Shown: one piece after another, positions 48,778 through 58,162 of the stretch
Position numbering within the stretch: position 1 is the first letter of the stretch
Layout of the letters: every line of letters starts with the position of its first letter
DNA from: Thermoplasmatota archaeon
GTDB lineage: Archaea > Thermoplasmatota > E2 > JACPAO01 > JAHFTW01
Length of the DNA stretch: 64,000 nucleotides
NCBI GenBank assembly: GCA_041659985.1
Contig: JBAZXE010000001.1
Coordinates: 703 to 64,702, forward strand
Direction of reading: 5' to 3'
Translations under genes and position numbers: made by a program
The notes under the pieces: generated by a model
What the model was told of the DNA's origin: nothing
The model's database searches: none
What the model saw: only the letters and a program-made list of their open reading frames with translations

Positions 48778-49485
48778 CTACTCCGAGGTGGATTCAGCCG
48801 TCATGGCGGACTCCACATCCAAGGGCTTGGGCCGCAGCTTGCGTTGCATGACGTAGGCCAGGACCAGGAACAGGGCGCAGGTGACCAGGAGCGCCAGGGC
48901 GAGCCAGCCGCCGTCGTCGAAGAAGGAAGGGCCGGAATCATCGGCCACGGTTCCGTCGGTCGGGGCCGAGAACGCGAGGTCCTGCGTTGCGTTGCCGTCG
49001 GAAGGCGCGCTTTGGGCGGAAGCTGGGGACGATTCAGCCCCCGGATCGGTTTTCATGGCTCCTGAACCGTCGTCGGCGGAATTGCCCAATTCAGAGGACG
49101 AGGCGTTAGCCAGCCACCATCCCAACGCCCGCCCGAGCATGAAGACGCCTCCGCCGGCCGCGGCAACGGACAGGCCGAGGAGGAGGTTGAACGTCGTCGT
49201 GGCCTCGGGATGAAGGATGCGTTGGCCGGTCCACGTGAGTTCGTAGTAGATCCACTTGCGGCCTTCGTCGTCGCGTTTGCGAACCAGGCCAGCCGAAGTG
49301 AGGAGTTGCATGTGCTCGTGCACCGTGGCCTTGTTGAGGGCCAAGTCGCGCGACAACTCGGTGAGGGTCTTGCGGCGCTCGTCGAGGGCCTTCAGGACCG
49401 TGAGTCGCGTGGAACTCGCCAGGGCACGGAAGGTGTCCGCGTCGAGCGTGATCTTGGCCACGGCCTCCATGCGGGTCCTCGCCAA
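48778..49485 (-). CDS. Membrane-anchored winged-helix (ArsR-like) transcription regulator
   Basis: N-terminal wHTH (LASSTRLTVLKALDERRKTLTELSRDL) followed by two TM helices separated by an acidic Ser/Asp-rich loop. Confidence 0.55.
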   Translation of the reverse strand: MARTRMEAVAKITLDADTFRALASSTRLTVLKALDERRKTLTELSRDLALNKATVHEHMQLLTSAGLVRKRDDEGRKWIYYELTWTGQRILHPEATTTFNLLLGLSVAAAGGGVFMLGRALGWWLANASSSELGNSADDGSGAMKTDPGAESSPASAQSAPSDGNATQDLAFSAPTDGTVADDSGPSFFDDGGWLALALLVTCALFLVLAYVMQRKLRPKPLDVESAMTAESTSE

Positions 49486-49526
49486 GATAAGGGTTTGCCG
49501 ATGGTTTGGCCTGCGCCCACCGGAAA

Positions 49527-49862
49527 TCAGACTTCGGGGCGGGTATCAAGGAGGCCCGAAACAATGTTGGCCAGGACGTAGCCCGCCACAAGCCCCGCAA
49601 GGCAGGCCGCAATGACGCCTGCGGCGCCGAGCGGAGTTTTCCAGAGGCCGGCCCAGACCAGGAGGGCCAGGCCATAGGCCAAGGCGAGGGCGGCGATGAG
49701 GGCGAGGGATCCCGTGGTGGAGACCCAGACGAGAATCAAGGTCAGGATGAATGACACCAAGGCCGATCCCATTGCGCCGGCAAACATCCCTTGCCAGATT
49801 GTCAGACGCGGGCCCTCGCGCATCACATCGGCCTCGGCCTCCGCCGCGGCCAGGTCCGTCAT
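49527..49862 (-). CDS. Small hypothetical membrane protein (3 TM)
   Basis: Hydrophobic 111-aa ORF. 4-nt overlap with pmbA stop region. Confidence 0.4.
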   Translation of the reverse strand: MTDLAAAEAEADVMREGPRLTIWQGMFAGAMGSALVSFILTLILVWVSTTGSLALIAALALAYGLALLVWAGLWKTPLGAAGVIAACLAGLVAGYVLANIVSGLLDTRPEV

Positions 49863-51247
49863 GCCGACACGTCTACGCTACGGAACCGCAGCGCCGGGAT
49901 GCGCAAACCGTTCATCGCCTTGGGCTCGCTGCCCACGCCGTCGATGCGCATGAGCAGGTCCGGCAAGTTGCCGCCGATGGCAATCTCTCCGGCCGCCCCC
50001 GCCACGACGCCGTTGCGGATGCGCCAGACGTTGGGCGAGGTCACCGAGAAGTCGCCCGTCGTCGCGTTGGCGGTGTGTGCGCCGAGGACGGACTCGACGA
50101 GGTAGCCGTCGTCCACGCCGGCCACCAAGGTGTCGGTCGGACGCGAGGCTGAGCTCGACAGGACGAGGTGGTGCGTCCCGGTGTCGGGCCGCGACTTGAA
50201 GCCGCCGCGGACGGCGCTGCACGTCGGCTGGGCCTTGTGCTCGTGCGCGTCCCACGAGTCATAGAGGAAGTTGCGCAGGACGCCGCCGTCGAGGATGCGC
50301 AGCGCGTCCGTCGTGGGCAGGCCTTCGCCGTCGAACGGCACACCGCCGATGGCGCCAGGCACCCAGGAGTCGTCGCGCAGGTCAAGGCCTGGGGCCGCGA
50401 CGGCCTGGCCAAGCTTCTCGCTCCACACCGTCTTGCCGCGGCGCGCCTCGTCGCCGGTGGCCGCCGAGACGGCAAGGTCCACGACGAGCTCGGCCACGGC
50501 CTCCGGCCGGAACACGATGTCAAGACGCCCGGCCTTGGCGGGCTTGGGGCCGACGAGCGACTTGACGGTCTCTGCGGCTTCCATGGCGATGGCGTGGCCG
50601 TCCAATCCGAAGCGGTGACTGTCGCGCGACTCGGACGCCGAGACGGAACGTTCCCCATCGGCGAGGACAAGCGACCCTCCGCAGGAGATCTCCGTCGAGC
50701 GGTCCCAGCAGGAGATGCCTTGCGAGGAGGCCAGCGCGAGGTAGCCGGCTTCCAGGCCGACGCCGCCGCCCGACAGGGTGGCCTTGGGCGCGCCCTCGGC
50801 GGCACCCGCCAGGACGTCGCGGGCGACGGCGATGGCATCGTCCACGGCGAGGGCGGCGATGCGGTCGTCCCAGCGGCCGTCGAGGCGGCGCGGCTTCGCG
50901 GCCGAAGGAAGCGAATAGCCCTTGGCAGGCACATGCTTGGCTTGGGCTAGGGCCTGCGTGATGGCGGCGTCGAGCTGGTCGGGCCGGGTGTAGTAGGCGA
51001 ATCCGACGCGGCCGTCGGCCACGACGCGGATGCTGGCGCCGGAGCCTTGGCTGGCGCCGGTGTTGGCGATGCGGTTGTTCTCCAGCTCGACTTGCAGGGC
51101 AGCGCCGGCTTCGGAGTACGCTTCGACCTGTTGGGCTCCGCGGGCCAGGGCGTGCTTGACGGCGCGCTCGGCTTCGGCCAACATTGCTTCTCCTTGACTG
51201 TCCGGGTCTAGGGGCGCCGATTTGCGGGCCGCGTTTCCAGGCGTCAT
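49859..51247 (-). CDS. pmbA: Metalloprotease PmbA/TldE (TldD/PmbA family)
   Basis: TldD/PmbA family pattern. Start MTPGNAAR overlaps tldD stop (ATGA). Confidence 0.75.
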   Translation of the reverse strand: MTPGNAARKSAPLDPDSQGEAMLAEAERAVKHALARGAQQVEAYSEAGAALQVELENNRIANTGASQGSGASIRVVADGRVGFAYYTRPDQLDAAITQALAQAKHVPAKGYSLPSAAKPRRLDGRWDDRIAALAVDDAIAVARDVLAGAAEGAPKATLSGGGVGLEAGYLALASSQGISCWDRSTEISCGGSLVLADGERSVSASESRDSHRFGLDGHAIAMEAAETVKSLVGPKPAKAGRLDIVFRPEAVAELVVDLAVSAATGDEARRGKTVWSEKLGQAVAAPGLDLRDDSWVPGAIGGVPFDGEGLPTTDALRILDGGVLRNFLYDSWDAHEHKAQPTCSAVRGGFKSRPDTGTHHLVLSSSASRPTDTLVAGVDDGYLVESVLGAHTANATTGDFSVTSPNVWRIRNGVVAGAAGEIAIGGNLPDLLMRIDGVGSEPKAMNGLRIPALRFRSVDVSA

Positions 51248-52626
51248 GCGCTTCCTCCGATGAGGCAGTTGTCGATGCGGACAAGGGGGCCGCCGTCGCA
51301 GACGGGGACCCACTGGCCTTTGCCGCAGTAGCCCGGGTCGCCCATGCGTTGCCGGTTGCCCAGCGCCGAGATGCTGGTCAGGGTGCTCAGGATGTCACCG
51401 GTGAGGCTGACGTCGCGCAGCGGGACCGTGACCTCTCCGTTCTCGATGAGGTAGGCTTCCTGGGCGTTGAAGAGGAACGTGCCGCGGGCCGTGTCGACTT
51501 GGCCGCCACGGGAGCCTTTGCAGAAGACGCCGTCTTTGATGCCGGCGAACATCTCCTCCTCCGGGTGGTCGCCGGCTTCGATGAGCGTGTTGCTCATGCG
51601 CACGAGGGGGCGGCTGTGGAAGTCCTGCGCGCGGGCGGCGCCGTTGGGCTGCACGCCAAGACCGGCTGCGTGCTGGCGGTCGGCAAGGTAACCGACAAGG
51701 ATGCCATCGTCCAGGATAGGCTTGGACGCGCCAGCCACGCCGTTGTCGTCGAAGGGGAACGAGCCGAACCCGCCGGGAACGGTGGAATCGTCGCGGATGG
51801 AGAGGCCCTCGATGCCGAGGCGTTTGCCCATGCGGCCCTTGAAGCAGGATTCGCCGGCCGCGACGAGGTCAGCTTCAGAGGCGTGACCGACGGCCTCGTG
51901 CGCGAAGACGCCGGCCAGTTCCGGGTCGATGACCACGGTGCGGCGGCCGCCCTTGGCCGCGCGGGCGCCGAGCGCCTTGACGGTCGATTCAGCGGCGGCC
52001 AGCGCCTTGCTCACGGGGTCCTCGTCGGCGAAGAGTTCCCAGCCCTTGGTGGCGCCGACGCGTGTGCTGCGCCCGGCCAGCTGCCCGTCTTTCTTCGCGG
52101 TAAAATGCGCCTGCGCGACGCTGCGCACCAGGCTCCACTGCAGGTTCGTTCCATCGCTGTTGAGGAACTGCTTCGAGATTGTGGCGTCGTTGTACGCCGT
52201 CGTCACGTTGCGGATTTCCGGGCGGCGACGGACGGCTTCGTCCATGCGGCGCAGCAGCTCGACCTTATCCTCGACGGCGACCCCGCGGGGGTCCTTCTTC
52301 GGTTTCCAGTCGACGCGCTTGTGCAGGACTGGCGCGTCGGCCAGGCGCACGGGTTCCTCGACGTGGGCCGAAGCCGCTTGGGCCAGGCCGAGGGCGCGGT
52401 CCAAGGCGTTGCGCCACGACACAGGCTCGAGGTCGTTGCTCGAGGCGAAGCCCCAGGCCCCCTTGACCAGGACGCGCAGGGCGAAGCCCGTCTCGGTGCC
52501 GGAGACGACGCCACGCAGTTCGCCATCCAGGATGCTGAGCCGGTTCTCCTCGACGGTCTCGACGCGCACATCCGCGTACGTTGCGCCTCGTGTGCGAGCC
52601 GATTCAAGGGCACGTTCCGGTTCCAC
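51244..52626 (-). CDS. tldD: Metalloprotease TldD
   Basis: HExxxH-like HEAVGHASE motif. GxC...Dxxx family pattern. Confidence 0.8.
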   Translation of the reverse strand: MEPERALESARTRGATYADVRVETVEENRLSILDGELRGVVSGTETGFALRVLVKGAWGFASSNDLEPVSWRNALDRALGLAQAASAHVEEPVRLADAPVLHKRVDWKPKKDPRGVAVEDKVELLRRMDEAVRRRPEIRNVTTAYNDATISKQFLNSDGTNLQWSLVRSVAQAHFTAKKDGQLAGRSTRVGATKGWELFADEDPVSKALAAAESTVKALGARAAKGGRRTVVIDPELAGVFAHEAVGHASEADLVAAGESCFKGRMGKRLGIEGLSIRDDSTVPGGFGSFPFDDNGVAGASKPILDDGILVGYLADRQHAAGLGVQPNGAARAQDFHSRPLVRMSNTLIEAGDHPEEEMFAGIKDGVFCKGSRGGQVDTARGTFLFNAQEAYLIENGEVTVPLRDVSLTGDILSTLTSISALGNRQRMGDPGYCGKGQWVPVCDGGPLVRIDNCLIGGSA

Positions 52627-52650
52627 GCCGCCAGCACCGGCGGGCCGAGG

Positions 52651-55011
52651 TTAGCCGTTGTGGAGGGACACGATGGCCGACCCGTCCACCAGTTTGACCT
52701 GGACGACACTGTCGAACGATTCCTGCAAGCGCTCCAGGTGTGTCACGGCGAACACTTGGCTGTAGAGCCCGGTGAGCCCCCGCAACGCCCCGAGCAAGGC
52801 GTCGCACCGCTCCGTGTCGAGGCTGGAGAACACCTCGTCGAGGGCGAGGAAACGGATCTCCGGCGCCCCGGACCGCGTTGCCAGAAGGCGACTGATGCCG
52901 AGGCGCAGGGCCAGGTGGGCCAAGTCCTGCTCGCCGCCGCTGAAGCGCTCGAGCGGGAGCAGGCGGCCGCTGTCTCCCATGTAGACTTCGTACGAGTCGT
53001 CGAGGACGAGCTCCGTGTACCGTCCCTGGGTGAAGAGCGCAAGGAGTTGGCTGGCTTCCTGGTTGATGGCCGGCGCGGTGCGGGAGACCAGATGCTCGCG
53101 GAACCGCTCCAGAAGCCCTCCGCCGGCGGCGCCGACGACCGCCGTCCAGCGGGCGAGGTCTTGCTGCAACAATGCCACGCGGTCGCGGGCCTGACGGTCG
53201 CGGGCTTGGTCGGCCAGCGCCAGCGCCAACGCCTGCTCCGCCACCTGGGCGGCCAAGAGGGCGGCGACATGCGCCGCGCGAAGCCGGCTGACGTGGACTT
53301 GCGCTTGGCTGGCCACGGCGTTGGCTTGCGTCAAGGCCACCGTCGTGTCCGCTTGCATGGCCAGGCGCAAACGCAGGTCAGCAAGCTGGGCCGCCGCGAC
53401 CTGCATGGACCGCTCGGCCTCAACGAGGTGCGAACGCAGGCCGGGCAGGCGGGACGCGGCGGCTTCCGCCTTGGCCAATTCGAGGCGGGCGCCATGCGCG
53501 GCGTCGGCCTGGCGCTTTAGGTCGGCCAGGTCGGCCATCGGGCCCGGGTCGGAGGGCAGCGTCTCGCGCAGGGCCTCGACCATCGCCTTGAGGCCGGCGG
53601 CGTTCTGCGCGGCCTGCTCCTTGCGCCGCGCCAACGCGTCGACGCGCTGCCCTTCGGTCTGGGCGGCGGCCAACGCCGACCGCGCTTCGACGGCTTGAGC
53701 CCGGGCACTGCGCACGGCGTCCGAGCCGCGGGCGACGGCGGCCTCCAACGCGGCCACCTTGACGCCCACTTGGCGGCGCTCCTCCTCGATGTGCTCGACG
53801 CTCACTGGCTGCCGACACGATGGGCATGCGGCCGATCCCTGCAACCCTTGCAGGGCTGCGAGTTCCCGTTGCGCCTGCGTGAGACGCTCCGCGGCGACCG
53901 CCTGCGTGCGTTCGACGCGCGCCACGCCGGCCAGCGTGGACTCGAGCGCCAACGCGACGGCAGCGACATCGGGACGGGCGGGGACTTGGATGGCTTCGGT
54001 TTCGGCAAGCAGGCGTTGCAGGGTCGATTCCTCGGCGGCGATGCGGGCCAGCTGCGCCGAACGACGTGACTGCACGACCACCAGACCTTGCGCGTTGGCG
54101 AGGCGGGCGCTGGCGTGCTCCAGGGCCTCGGCTTCGTTGCGCAGCGCGTCGATGCGTTGGGCGGCCTGTTCGGCGGCGGCGACTTCGACGTGGGTGCGGT
54201 CGACGGTGCGCTTCCCCGCCTCGGCAGCCGTTGCCACGGTCGCGATTTGCTGGTCGAGGGCGAGGCGTTGCATATGCGCTGCGCGAGCGGCCTCAAGCTG
54301 AGTGGTGGCTTGCGCCGAGTCCTGTTCGGCCCGGGCCAATCCTGCGGCGGCGATGGTGACGCGTTGGCGTGCGGCGGCGTCAGCGGCTTGGGCGGCGTTG
54401 GTCCGCTCGCCCAAAGCGACGGCATCGCCGAGATGACGGGCGGCCTCTTCCGCTTGGAGGCGCAGGTCGTTGCGCTTGCCCCGCGCGGCGGCGATGGCGC
54501 CATCCACGGCGCCGATGCCGACGAGGCCGAGGATGAACTCCCGGCGCTCGGCCGGCTTGAGGCGGCCGAGGCGGTCGAGGTCGCGTTGCCTGGCAACGAC
54601 GGTTTGGAAGAAGCCGTCACGGTCGAGCCCGAGGAGGCGCTCGACCTGCTGCGTCACCTGGTCCGACGAGCCGGAGACGGGTTGGACCTGCAGGTGGCCG
54701 TCGACCTCCAGGCTCGCCATCGGGTTCTGCGCCTTTCCTCTCAGTTCGCGCACGACGCGCAGGGCCTGCCCCGCGACTTCGAGGTCGAGCTCGACGCGCA
54801 CGGCGTCGCCGGGGGGCGCGTCCTCGGAGCGGATGAGATCCTTGCCGGTGCCGGCGGCCTTGGGGCCGTAGAGGGCGAAGGAGACCGCCTCGAGCAGCGT
54901 CGATTTGCCGGCGCCGTTGGGGCCGACGACGGCGAGGACTCCATCGGGGAACTCGACCTCCGTGGCGCGGTGGCGGCGGAAGTTCTGCAGCTTGAGGCGC
55001 ACCAGCTTCAC
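52651..55011 (-). CDS. rad50: DNA double-strand break repair ATPase Rad50
   Basis: Walker A GPNGAGKST. Long coiled coil with CPSC zinc hook. Signature/Walker B/D-loop at C-terminus (LALDEVFSSLD). Confidence 0.9.
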   Translation of the reverse strand: MKLVRLKLQNFRRHRATEVEFPDGVLAVVGPNGAGKSTLLEAVSFALYGPKAAGTGKDLIRSEDAPPGDAVRVELDLEVAGQALRVVRELRGKAQNPMASLEVDGHLQVQPVSGSSDQVTQQVERLLGLDRDGFFQTVVARQRDLDRLGRLKPAERREFILGLVGIGAVDGAIAAARGKRNDLRLQAEEAARHLGDAVALGERTNAAQAADAAARQRVTIAAAGLARAEQDSAQATTQLEAARAAHMQRLALDQQIATVATAAEAGKRTVDRTHVEVAAAEQAAQRIDALRNEAEALEHASARLANAQGLVVVQSRRSAQLARIAAEESTLQRLLAETEAIQVPARPDVAAVALALESTLAGVARVERTQAVAAERLTQAQRELAALQGLQGSAACPSCRQPVSVEHIEEERRQVGVKVAALEAAVARGSDAVRSARAQAVEARSALAAAQTEGQRVDALARRKEQAAQNAAGLKAMVEALRETLPSDPGPMADLADLKRQADAAHGARLELAKAEAAASRLPGLRSHLVEAERSMQVAAAQLADLRLRLAMQADTTVALTQANAVASQAQVHVSRLRAAHVAALLAAQVAEQALALALADQARDRQARDRVALLQQDLARWTAVVGAAGGGLLERFREHLVSRTAPAINQEASQLLALFTQGRYTELVLDDSYEVYMGDSGRLLPLERFSGGEQDLAHLALRLGISRLLATRSGAPEIRFLALDEVFSSLDTERCDALLGALRGLTGLYSQVFAVTHLERLQESFDSVVQVKLVDGSAIVSLHNG

Positions 55012-56207
55012 GATGGGCCTCCCACCAGCATGGACTTGGCTAGGGCGACGACCGTCTCGCGGTCGAGGCCGGGCATCGGTGTCGCGGCCGCGAAGGAGTC
55101 GAATTCCACCATCATGCCACGGAAACCCGATGGGCCGGCCGCCGCCGCGGCATGGCCAGCGAACTCCGGCCGCAGGTCAAGGTGGGTGAGGTGCTTAGCG
55201 GCGTCTTGGATGGCGCGTCGGTCGAGGGTGCCGCGCAATTCGGGGGCGATGCCGTCGATGCGCAGGCGGGCGACCGCGCCGTCCGGGACGCGGGAGAGGG
55301 CCTCGCGCGCCGCCGAAACGATGGCTCCGCCATCCATCCCTTCGGCGTGGAGGACCGGAAGGTCAGCGTAGGGACGCACGGGAAGGGCGACGAAGCGCAC
55401 GTCCGGGTTTGCTCCCGTGCTGAAGGCGATTTCCAGGAATCCCTTTTCTTGCCCCGACTCGGCCATGCTGACGCGGTCGGGTGCGCCGCAGTACCAGGCG
55501 TTGGGTGCGACGTGTTTGGTGCCGTGGAAGTGCCCCAATGCGACGTAGTGGAACGGCGCGAACCACGACGGCTCCAGGCTAAGCTCGTTGAACTCCGCCT
55601 GCGGGATGTCGGCCAGGGTTGTGACGGCGCCGTGGACGACGAGGAGGTCGATGCCCCCGTCGTTGGATGTTGGAGCGGCGGCAATCTCGGCCGCGATGGC
55701 GGCCTGGTCTGGGCACTGCGGGACGGCGTGCACGCGCACCGTTCGGCCTTGCAGATTGAACTCAATGGTCTGGCGTCTGCCCTGGTAGACCGGGTGGATG
55801 CCCTCGAGGTGGGCGAAGAGGCGGAACGAGGAGCCGGTCTCGCGCAGCTTCGGGTGCTCATGGTTTCCGGCGATGACGACGGTGGGGATTCCGGCCTTGC
55901 TCAGCCGAAGGAACCCCTCGAGGGCGTGGGCGAGCGCGCGGTTGCTCGGGCGGACCCCATCGAACAAATCGCCAGCGTGGAGAACCAAGTCGGCCTTGGT
56001 TTGGATGGCGTGGTCGATGATGGCGTCGAAGGCGTCGTAGAGGTCGCGCTCGCGCTGGTTCAGGCCGTTGGCGTCGACGCGCGGATATTGCTGGTGCCCG
56101 AGATGCGTGTCCGAGAAGTGGATGAGCCGGATTGGTCGCGGACTGGATTTGCCGGATTCGGTCAATCCGTCGAATCCCGTTTTGAATCCGTCAAATCCGT
56201 TGGACAT
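55008..56207 (-). CDS. mre11: DNA double-strand break repair nuclease Mre11
   Basis: Calcineurin-like phosphoesterase motifs (HFSDTHLG, GDLFD, GNHE). TGATG-coupled to herA. N-terminal 25 aa (MSNGFDGFKTGFDGL) encoded by GAATCCG-rich repeat-like DNA. Confidence 0.85.
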   Translation of the reverse strand: MSNGFDGFKTGFDGLTESGKSSPRPIRLIHFSDTHLGHQQYPRVDANGLNQRERDLYDAFDAIIDHAIQTKADLVLHAGDLFDGVRPSNRALAHALEGFLRLSKAGIPTVVIAGNHEHPKLRETGSSFRLFAHLEGIHPVYQGRRQTIEFNLQGRTVRVHAVPQCPDQAAIAAEIAAAPTSNDGGIDLLVVHGAVTTLADIPQAEFNELSLEPSWFAPFHYVALGHFHGTKHVAPNAWYCGAPDRVSMAESGQEKGFLEIAFSTGANPDVRFVALPVRPYADLPVLHAEGMDGGAIVSAAREALSRVPDGAVARLRIDGIAPELRGTLDRRAIQDAAKHLTHLDLRPEFAGHAAAAAGPSGFRGMMVEFDSFAAATPMPGLDRETVVALAKSMLVGGPS

Positions 56208-57925
56208 CAGTAGAACCCAGCGTCGGCCTTCGGGGCGATGCGCAAGGCCGCGGGCTGCGCGGCTTGCTGCTCGAGGATGCGGTCTTCGTACAGGTGGGCC
56301 TTGAGCGGGAGCGCGAACGGGGCGCCGGGCGTCGTGACCAAGGCCTCGCCCGGCTCCAGCATCTGGATTTCCTTGGTGACTTGGCTAAGGTCCTGGCGGG
56401 CACCGGCTCGGACGCGGTCGCGGTCGGTCGGGTCGGCAAGGCCGAGGATGACCAGAGTGTTCAGTTGACTGAGCAACTCGTCGGAGAGAAGGCGGGGTTG
56501 CTGTGTCACGGCGCCGAGGCCCACCTTGAACTTGCGACCCTCCCGAGCAATCTGCGCGAAGATGTTGGATGAACCGCCTTTCTGGTTGAGGACGCGCTGC
56601 GCCTCCTCTAGGGTCACGCACACGGGCGGGAGGCTACGGAACCAGACGGGGTCACGCGCCGCGTCGCGATAGCGCTCGAGGAGGCTGCGCGCCAGGACGG
56701 CGGAGACGAGGAGTTCCTCGCTGGGGAACAATCCGGAGGTGTCCACGAGGACGGTGTGGCCGGCCTCGAGGTGGCTGAGGATGGCCTTCGTCGTGCTCAC
56801 GGCCGCGTCAGTGTGGATGACGGGTTGCTTGAGCACCTGCTCGCAGCGGCGCTTGAGGACGTTCAGCGTGCCCGGGTGGAAGCGCCCCTTGCCCAGGGCA
56901 GCGTCGAGCTGCTCGGGTTCCAACGCGTCGATGCGGCTGATCCAGTCGCGCCGGAACAGGTTCCCAACCGCCCACAACGCCTCCTCTTGCGCGTCTGAAA
57001 TGTTGTAGACGTTGGCGAAATCGGCGGGCGTGATTTCCGCCGCGGACACGGCAAGCTCGTGAACGCGTCCGGGGAAACCAGGGATGGGGCGGCTGGTGTA
57101 GACGTGCAGGCGGTCGGAGCGCGGGTGGTGCAAGAGACCGCGAAGCGGGCGGCCGTCGGGATGCACGGCGGCGCCGCCGTCGGCGTATTCGCCGTGCGGG
57201 TCCAGCAGCAGGAATCCGACCTGGCCGGAATCCATAGTGGAACCGGCGAGGACTTTGAGGAGGTTCGATTTGCCCATGCCGGTAGTGGCGAAGATGCCGA
57301 TGTGCTGCGCCAGGGCCTTCGGGTCGAGGCCGAGGCGGTCGGGCAGCGGCTCATCGCCGGAACGCAGGAACCCGAGCTCCAGGTCGCCCTTCTTCGGCGC
57401 GAGGAAACGGAAATCGCCGGCGACGGGGCGGCGGATAGGGCAGAAGTGCGGCGGCAGCGTCTTCGGCTTGCGGAATCTTCCGTCAGCCTGCAGGTAGCCG
57501 AGGGGTTCGGCGACGGCGGACTTGAACAACCGTTGCTCGCGGTCATAGAGAACCAGGTTCTCGCCGCCGGAGGACATGAGTGCGCCGGCCGTGCGTTCCT
57601 CCCAGTCGCCGTCGCGGGCATCGGCGCCGTATTCGAGGTCGACGACGCGCAGGTAGAACGGACCTTCTTGGCCGCGTGCTGTTGGCTGCGGCGAAGGTCC
57701 GTTTAGCGAGCCGGAGGCGAGCGGACCGGCCGGGCCGCTTGCGGCCCGGGCGGGGAACGGTGGCGCTCCCGAGCCAGAATCCGCGAGGAGAATCTCGCCG
57801 AGATGAAGGGGTTCGTCGGGCCCGATGCGGAAGCGCAGCTCGCCGACCGAGGTGCCGGTGATGCGGCCCACTGGCCCGGCTGGCGCAGCGTCGGCACCAT
57901 TACGGCTGGTCGGTTTGGGCGTCAT
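56207..57925 (-). CDS. herA: DNA repair helicase HerA (FtsK/HerA ATPase)
   Basis: Walker A GMGKSN, Walker B LLLDP. Canonical partner upstream of mre11-rad50. Confidence 0.85.
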   Translation of the reverse strand: MTPKPTSRNGADAAPAGPVGRITGTSVGELRFRIGPDEPLHLGEILLADSGSGAPPFPARAASGPAGPLASGSLNGPSPQPTARGQEGPFYLRVVDLEYGADARDGDWEERTAGALMSSGGENLVLYDREQRLFKSAVAEPLGYLQADGRFRKPKTLPPHFCPIRRPVAGDFRFLAPKKGDLELGFLRSGDEPLPDRLGLDPKALAQHIGIFATTGMGKSNLLKVLAGSTMDSGQVGFLLLDPHGEYADGGAAVHPDGRPLRGLLHHPRSDRLHVYTSRPIPGFPGRVHELAVSAAEITPADFANVYNISDAQEEALWAVGNLFRRDWISRIDALEPEQLDAALGKGRFHPGTLNVLKRRCEQVLKQPVIHTDAAVSTTKAILSHLEAGHTVLVDTSGLFPSEELLVSAVLARSLLERYRDAARDPVWFRSLPPVCVTLEEAQRVLNQKGGSSNIFAQIAREGRKFKVGLGAVTQQPRLLSDELLSQLNTLVILGLADPTDRDRVRAGARQDLSQVTKEIQMLEPGEALVTTPGAPFALPLKAHLYEDRILEQQAAQPAALRIAPKADAGFY

Positions 57926-58162
57926 TGGCTCCTCCTAATTTCACGCCGCCAAAAGGGGCGGGGGGAGGTGGGCGAAATGAATCGCGTAGGGCTTCCCCCT
58001 TCCGAGGGTGCCCTGGCTACCCCATCCAAGTGCACCAGAACGCCCCCCGTCTTCAGGGTTGGGAAACGAAGCGGCGTCCCCTCCTGGAGCTTCAGGAGAC
58101 GAGGGTCGGTTTCCGGTGCGACGGGTGCGACGCCGACCCATGCGAGCGGCTGGACTGCCGGG

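Noticed and set aside
51184-53520. 778-aa plus-strand ORF
   Set aside because: Antisense to tldD and rad50. Spurious.
56140-56207. GAATCCG-rich repeat as intergenic terminator between herA and mre11
   Set aside because: herA stop and mre11 start overlap (TGATG), so this repeat-like DNA is coding (Mre11 N-terminus MSNGFDGFKTGFDGL). It is kept only as a note within the motif-family finding.
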